Source: Roseibacillus sp. | Lineage (GTDB): Bacteria > Verrucomicrobiota > Verrucomicrobiia > Verrucomicrobiales > Akkermansiaceae | Direction of reading: 5' to 3' | DNA length: 64,000 nucleotides | NCBI GenBank assembly: GCA_051251855.1 | Contig: JBPOGI010000007.1 | Location: 224,001 to 288,000 of the forward strand | Part shown: positions 59,530 to 64,000 of the stretch, piece by piece | Layout: each line of letters starts with the position of its first letter | How positions within the stretch are numbered: the stretch's first letter is position 1 | Notes under the pieces: generated by a model | Databases searched by the model: none | What the model was told of the DNA's origin: nothing | The model's input: only the letters and a program-made list of their open reading frames with translations | Program-made: the position numbers and the translations under genes

Positions 59530-62500
59530 ATGAAGCTCCCTACCCAAGGCACCCGTCCCCTTTTATTTCTGGCGGCTTCCATGTGCAGTCACGCAATCGT
59601 CATCATTGAAGACGACTTTGATTCAGAGACCTTGGGTAATACTACAGGAACGAACCAAACCATCGGCTCCACCCCGTTTCGAACGCGAAACAGCCTCAAT
59701 ACCGAAGTAGTATCGCCCCATGCGGCGTTCACCTCTGCTTCCGGCAATGCTCTCCAGCTCAAGACCAGCTCAAGCACGGGGGGAGGGTATGGAGCCATCT
59801 CCCCTGCAGGAGGAGAAGTCACCCTTCCCGTCGCGCTGAGCAACGGAGACCTCCTCCGCGTTTCCTTTGACATGTATGTCCAAAACGTTCCGGCAAGCTC
59901 TTCCAATGTGGAGTTCCAGCTTCGTCCCAACGGAAACAACGATGGCGTGACCGAATACGATTTCGTCGACCTCCATGGAGCGACTCCCGGCGACGTCATG
60001 ACCGTCGTTGCCGATTTTGTGGTCGGTTCCTCCGGCAACCTCAGCACAAGCACCACCACCCTCAATACCTTTATTCACTTTGACGGGGTCAACAACAACT
60101 TCGGCGAGGACGTGAACATCGCCCAGATCGACAACCTCAAGTTTGAAGTCTTTGATCCGACTTCCATCCCCACCGTTCTCACAAGCGATGATTTCAACTT
60201 TCGCAGCAACGGAAATATCTACCCCAACAATGGCAGCGCTAACCAAGGCGGAACAAACCAAGGGGACATCATTGTCAGACCCGGATTCAATCTCTCCACG
60301 GTCAGCTTATCTCCAGCGACAGACTTTCTTTTTCGTTGGACCGATCTCGATCTCGACGGGCTCGGTGGAAATAACGATTTTGTCGACTTCACGGTTCGCG
60401 CCACCTCTGGAACCAGCGATGATATTACTTTCGGTGGGGAAGGAATCGCCATTGATAACAATGGCTCAGGCGCTCTCGATCCTGGCGAAACCCTGACTTT
60501 CGAAATTGTCGACGTTCAACTCAGCGCGAATACCGCTGGCAGCGTGAACTTCGACGGCTTCATCGGAGCGGGCTTCTTTGCCAGCGGCAACAATGGCGGA
60601 GGAACCACCACCGGTGAAATCAGTTGTAGCCTGAACGGCAATCCCGCCACTGTGAATCTCAACGGAACCGGCTACACCAATGCAACAACCCACCTCACCT
60701 TCGGCTCCCCCGCCCTTTCTGCAGTGTTCAGCAACATCGTTCACACTCCCGGAACAATCAGCCCAAATGGCCGAGCGCGCGACTTTGACCTGAAATTTAC
60801 CTACACTCCGTCCGGCGGGGCTTTTACCGGGCTTCCTCCCCACGGCATCACGATGAGCCCCGATAACCAAGACCTCGATGCCAATGGCTTACCCGATGTT
60901 TGGGAAGCACTTTACAGCGCCCAAGGGGTCGACCCCACTGGTGACTCCGATGGTGACGGCCTCACCAATGCTCAAGAATCCCTCGTCGGCACCGACCCCT
61001 TCGATCCCTACAGCACCTTTGCCTTCGAAATCGCCCCCATGGATGCCAACAACGTCACCCTCGCTTGGACCTACCTTCCCTCGCGCACAGGCAACCTGCA
61101 AAGCTCGACCGACCTGGGAGTTTCCGCTGCCTGGACCCCTCACTCGGGCTCCGCCACTCTTTCTAACGGAATGTGGCAGCTCGACACTCCCACCAATTTA
61201 GACGCCAATTTCTTCCGCGTCGAAAGCTCAGCCGACGACGTCGATGGCGACGGCGTCCCCGACTGGCTGGAGCCACTCCTCGGATTCTCCAATGCAGCCG
61301 GCGCTTCCCAGTCCGCCTACCAAGACCAATCCTACGACACCACTGGGGACGGCAATGCAGACACCTTTGTCTCCGGTGACCTCGCGGCCTTCAATGAAAT
61401 CTATCGCACCCCCGAGACAGGCAAGAGCATGACCCGTGCTCAAGCTGCTCGCCTTCTCATCCAAACCACCTTCGGCCCCGCTTCGATGTCTCAAGTCGAC
61501 TACGTCGCTTCCATCGGAGTGGAAGCTTGGCTTGATGAGCAAATTGCCCGAACAAGCACGCTCACTCAACCTTACATCAACGCTATCAAGGATGACCTCC
61601 AGGCAGCGCCCCAGTACGACTGGACCAGCAGCACCCTCTCCGGTTACCAAATTAATGGTGGCGGTGGCGGCAATCCCTACGTAGGCGGACCCAACTACCA
61701 AACCGCTTGGATGCGTTCCTCTTTGCAAGGAGAAGACCAACTTCGCCAACGGGTTGCCTTTGCTCTTTCCCAAATTCTCGTTGCCTCCAAGTTCGGAGCC
61801 AACCTGGGCAACCAGCCTCGCTCCATCGCCAACTACTACGACATGATGATTGAGGGCGCCTTCGGAAACTTCGAAGACCTTCTTCTCGATGTTTCCCTCC
61901 ACCCCCTCATGGGCAACTACCTCAGCCACCTCGAGAACCAAGTGGCTGACCCCAGTATTGGCCGCTATCCCGATGAAAACTACGCGCGCGAAATCATGCA
62001 GCTTTTCTCCATCGGCCTCTGGGAACTCAACCCCGATGGCACTCAAAAGCTCGATAGCAACGACGAGCCCATCCCGACCTACAACAACACCGACATCACC
62101 AACCTCGCGGAAGTCTTCACCGGTGTCGGCTACGCCGCGAACAACTTCGGCGGAGGTTGGAGAGAGGACGGCGACAGTGCGAATCAGTATATGACCACTC
62201 CCATGAAACTCTTTGCCTCTCATCACGACTGGACTGCAAAGAATATTCCTATCGGGGTCGATTCCAATGGCAACCGCCTCTACCACACCATTCCCGCAAA
62301 CCCTACCGGAGATGATGTCGACGCCCTTGCCGAAGTCGCCACCGTAGTGAACCAGCTCGTCAACCACCCGAACTGCGCCCCTTTCATCTGCCGCCAGCTC
62401 ATCCAGTTCCTTGTCACCTCCAATCCCTCTCCCGATTACGTGCAGCGTGTCGCAAGCGTCTTCTCCAACAATGGCTCAGGCGTCACCGGAGACATGGAAG

Positions 62501-63108
62501 CAGTCATCAAAGCCCTCTACCTCGATGTCGAAGCTCGCAACCCGCTGAACCATCTCAAAACCGCCTACTTTGGCCACTTCCGCGAGCCCACGATTCGCAC
62601 CGTCCATCTCGCGCGCATGCTGAAGCTGGACCAATACAACGAACTCCTTTGGTGGGACTGGGGTTACTACAATGACCAATCACTCCAAGAGCCCATGGCT
62701 TCTCCCTCAGTCTTCAACTACTACCGCCCAGACTTCAGTCTCTTCGGCACCCTCGCTGAAAACGAACTCGATTCCCCTGCACTCGGCATCGTGAACTCCT
62801 ACTCTTCCATTTCGTTTACCAACTACCTTTGGAAGATTTGCGACGAAGGCTTCGAGCAACACGGCAACGCCCACCAATTCTGGGACGACAAAAAGTTCCC
62901 CCCTGACTTCACCGAGTTAGAGACCCTCGCCAGCAACGTGCCCAACATTCTCGATCACCTGTCCATTCTCTTCTGCGGCGGCACCCTCAGCGCCGAATCT
63001 CGCGCTATTATCACTCCCATTTTACAGTCGGAACCTGACCTCACAGACCGAGCCCGCCTCGCCGTCTTCCTTGTTTTGATCGCACCCGAAGGATCCTGCC
63101 TCAAGTAA
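59530..63108 (+). CDS. DUF1800 family protein with long N-terminal extracellular domains
   Basis: AARLLIQTTFG, DQLRQRVAFALSQILV, PDENYAREIMQLFSIGL, LVTSNPSPDYV.RVA..F, SPSVFNYYRP; start at MKLPTQG. Confidence 0.92.
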   Translation: MKLPTQGTRPLLFLAASMCSHAIVIIEDDFDSETLGNTTGTNQTIGSTPFRTRNSLNTEVVSPHAAFTSASGNALQLKTSSSTGGGYGAISPAGGEVTLPVALSNGDLLRVSFDMYVQNVPASSSNVEFQLRPNGNNDGVTEYDFVDLHGATPGDVMTVVADFVVGSSGNLSTSTTTLNTFIHFDGVNNNFGEDVNIAQIDNLKFEVFDPTSIPTVLTSDDFNFRSNGNIYPNNGSANQGGTNQGDIIVRPGFNLSTVSLSPATDFLFRWTDLDLDGLGGNNDFVDFTVRATSGTSDDITFGGEGIAIDNNGSGALDPGETLTFEIVDVQLSANTAGSVNFDGFIGAGFFASGNNGGGTTTGEISCSLNGNPATVNLNGTGYTNATTHLTFGSPALSAVFSNIVHTPGTISPNGRARDFDLKFTYTPSGGAFTGLPPHGITMSPDNQDLDANGLPDVWEALYSAQGVDPTGDSDGDGLTNAQESLVGTDPFDPYSTFAFEIAPMDANNVTLAWTYLPSRTGNLQSSTDLGVSAAWTPHSGSATLSNGMWQLDTPTNLDANFFRVESSADDVDGDGVPDWLEPLLGFSNAAGASQSAYQDQSYDTTGDGNADTFVSGDLAAFNEIYRTPETGKSMTRAQAARLLIQTTFGPASMSQVDYVASIGVEAWLDEQIARTSTLTQPYINAIKDDLQAAPQYDWTSSTLSGYQINGGGGGNPYVGGPNYQTAWMRSSLQGEDQLRQRVAFALSQILVASKFGANLGNQPRSIANYYDMMIEGAFGNFEDLLLDVSLHPLMGNYLSHLENQVADPSIGRYPDENYAREIMQLFSIGLWELNPDGTQKLDSNDEPIPTYNNTDITNLAEVFTGVGYAANNFGGGWREDGDSANQYMTTPMKLFASHHDWTAKNIPIGVDSNGNRLYHTIPANPTGDDVDALAEVATVVNQLVNHPNCAPFICRQLIQFLVTSNPSPDYVQRVASVFSNNGSGVTGDMEAVIKALYLDVEARNPLNHLKTAYFGHFREPTIRTVHLARMLKLDQYNELLWWDWGYYNDQSLQEPMASPSVFNYYRPDFSLFGTLAENELDSPALGIVNSYSSISFTNYLWKICDEGFEQHGNAHQFWDDKKFPPDFTELETLASNVPNILDHLSILFCGGTLSAESRAIITPILQSEPDLTDRARLAVFLVLIAPEGSCLK

Positions 63109-63130
63109 CCACTTTTCCCATCCAAATTCC

Positions 63131-64000
63131 ATGAGCTCAAATAAAAGCCGCCGCCAATTTCTGGGAGAAGCCTCTTGTGCCTCCATCGGCTGCATCTCAA
63201 CCCTTTCCACCCTCCTCAATCTCAAGCTCGCCAATCAGGCAGCCGCCTCTGGCCTGACGCCTGGCGACGATTGTAAAACCCTCGTCTGCATCCTCATGGC
63301 TGGTGGCTGCGACACCTTCAATCTCCTCGTCCGCCGTGATTCTGGATACGCAGACTATGCCGCTTCCCGCACCGACATGGCACTCGGCCACAACTCCGGA
63401 GGCGCGAGTGCCCTCGAAAACCTCAACCAAGCTGCCGGCAATGACGGCAATCAATACGGCATTCACCCCTCTTGTCCCGAACTCGCCGAGATGTTCAACG
63501 GCACCGGAGCCTTCTCAGGATACGGTCCCCGCCTCTCCTTTGTCGCGAATGTCGGAACCCTCATCCAGCCCCTGACCGTTTCGGAGTATAACAACCCCGC
63601 CAACAGCACCCCTGTTCCCAAGTCCCTCTTCTCTCACATTGACCAAATCAATCAGTGGCAAACCTCCCTCCCCCAAGGAGCCGCCGAACTCACTGGCTGG
63701 GCCGGAAGGATGGCCGACCTCATTCACTCCGATTACAATACCGAGGCCACTTCAATGTCGATCTCGCTGGCAGGAAACAACATTTTCCAAATCGGAAAAC
63801 AAACCCTCCAACTGGCCATTACCAGCAGCGGAGCCCTTCTTCCCACTGGAAATTCAGCCAGCCTCAACTCCACCACCGGCCGCAAAAATCTCGGCATCGA
63901 TAGCCTCATCAGCTCGACCTACAACAACATGGTTCAGGACGCCTTCGCCGGCCACATGAAGTCCTCTTTCGACGCCCAAGAAGCCTTCAAGATCGTCTTC
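63131..64000 (+). CDS. DUF1501 family Tat-exported protein (3'-truncated by window edge)
   Basis: Manual translation MSSNKSRRQFLG..KTLVCILMAGGCDTFNLLV..YGIHP..ANVGTL..P..LFSH.DQ..QWQT..GWAGRMAD; the usual partner of DUF1800. Confidence 0.9.
   Translation, partial: MSSNKSRRQFLGEASCASIGCISTLSTLLNLKLANQAAASGLTPGDDCKTLVCILMAGGCDTFNLLVRRDSGYADYAASRTDMALGHNSGGASALENLNQAAGNDGNQYGIHPSCPELAEMFNGTGAFSGYGPRLSFVANVGTLIQPLTVSEYNNPANSTPVPKSLFSHIDQINQWQTSLPQGAAELTGWAGRMADLIHSDYNTEATSMSISLAGNNIFQIGKQTLQLAITSSGALLPTGNSASLNSTTGRKNLGIDSLISSTYNNMVQDAFAGHMKSSFDAQEAFKIVF

Overview
A gene-dense bacterial window, most consistent with a marine or aquatic Verrucomicrobiales genome: it has PEP-CTERM proteins, sulfatases, a DUF1800/DUF1501 pair and TGTTC-N4-GAACA-like LexA boxes. 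Housekeeping genes include larC, panB, ppdK, lexA, two DEAD-box helicases and a YhaM-like HD protein. A 27-kb surface-protein island holds two giant secreted proteins that share a C-terminal region and flank three small paralogues. The most striking unexplained signal is at 11057-11484: three tandem candidate small-RNA genes directly downstream of a sigX-crfX-cmpX-like (ECF sigma / small protein / MscS-like) operon. Each copy has its own identically spaced ECF-type promoter, a GNRA-capped 5' hairpin, an invariant GU-rich linker and a UUCG terminator, and the copies show compensatory base changes. Other highlights: a deiodinase-like selenoprotein split into two ORFs by an in-frame UGA with a SECIS-like hairpin (38932-39510); a restriction-endonuclease-like protein with an apparent signal peptide; a ~200-nt multibranched structured intergenic region (52933-53128); and two decayed gene remnants. 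All family calls come from motif recognition by eye; no searches were run.
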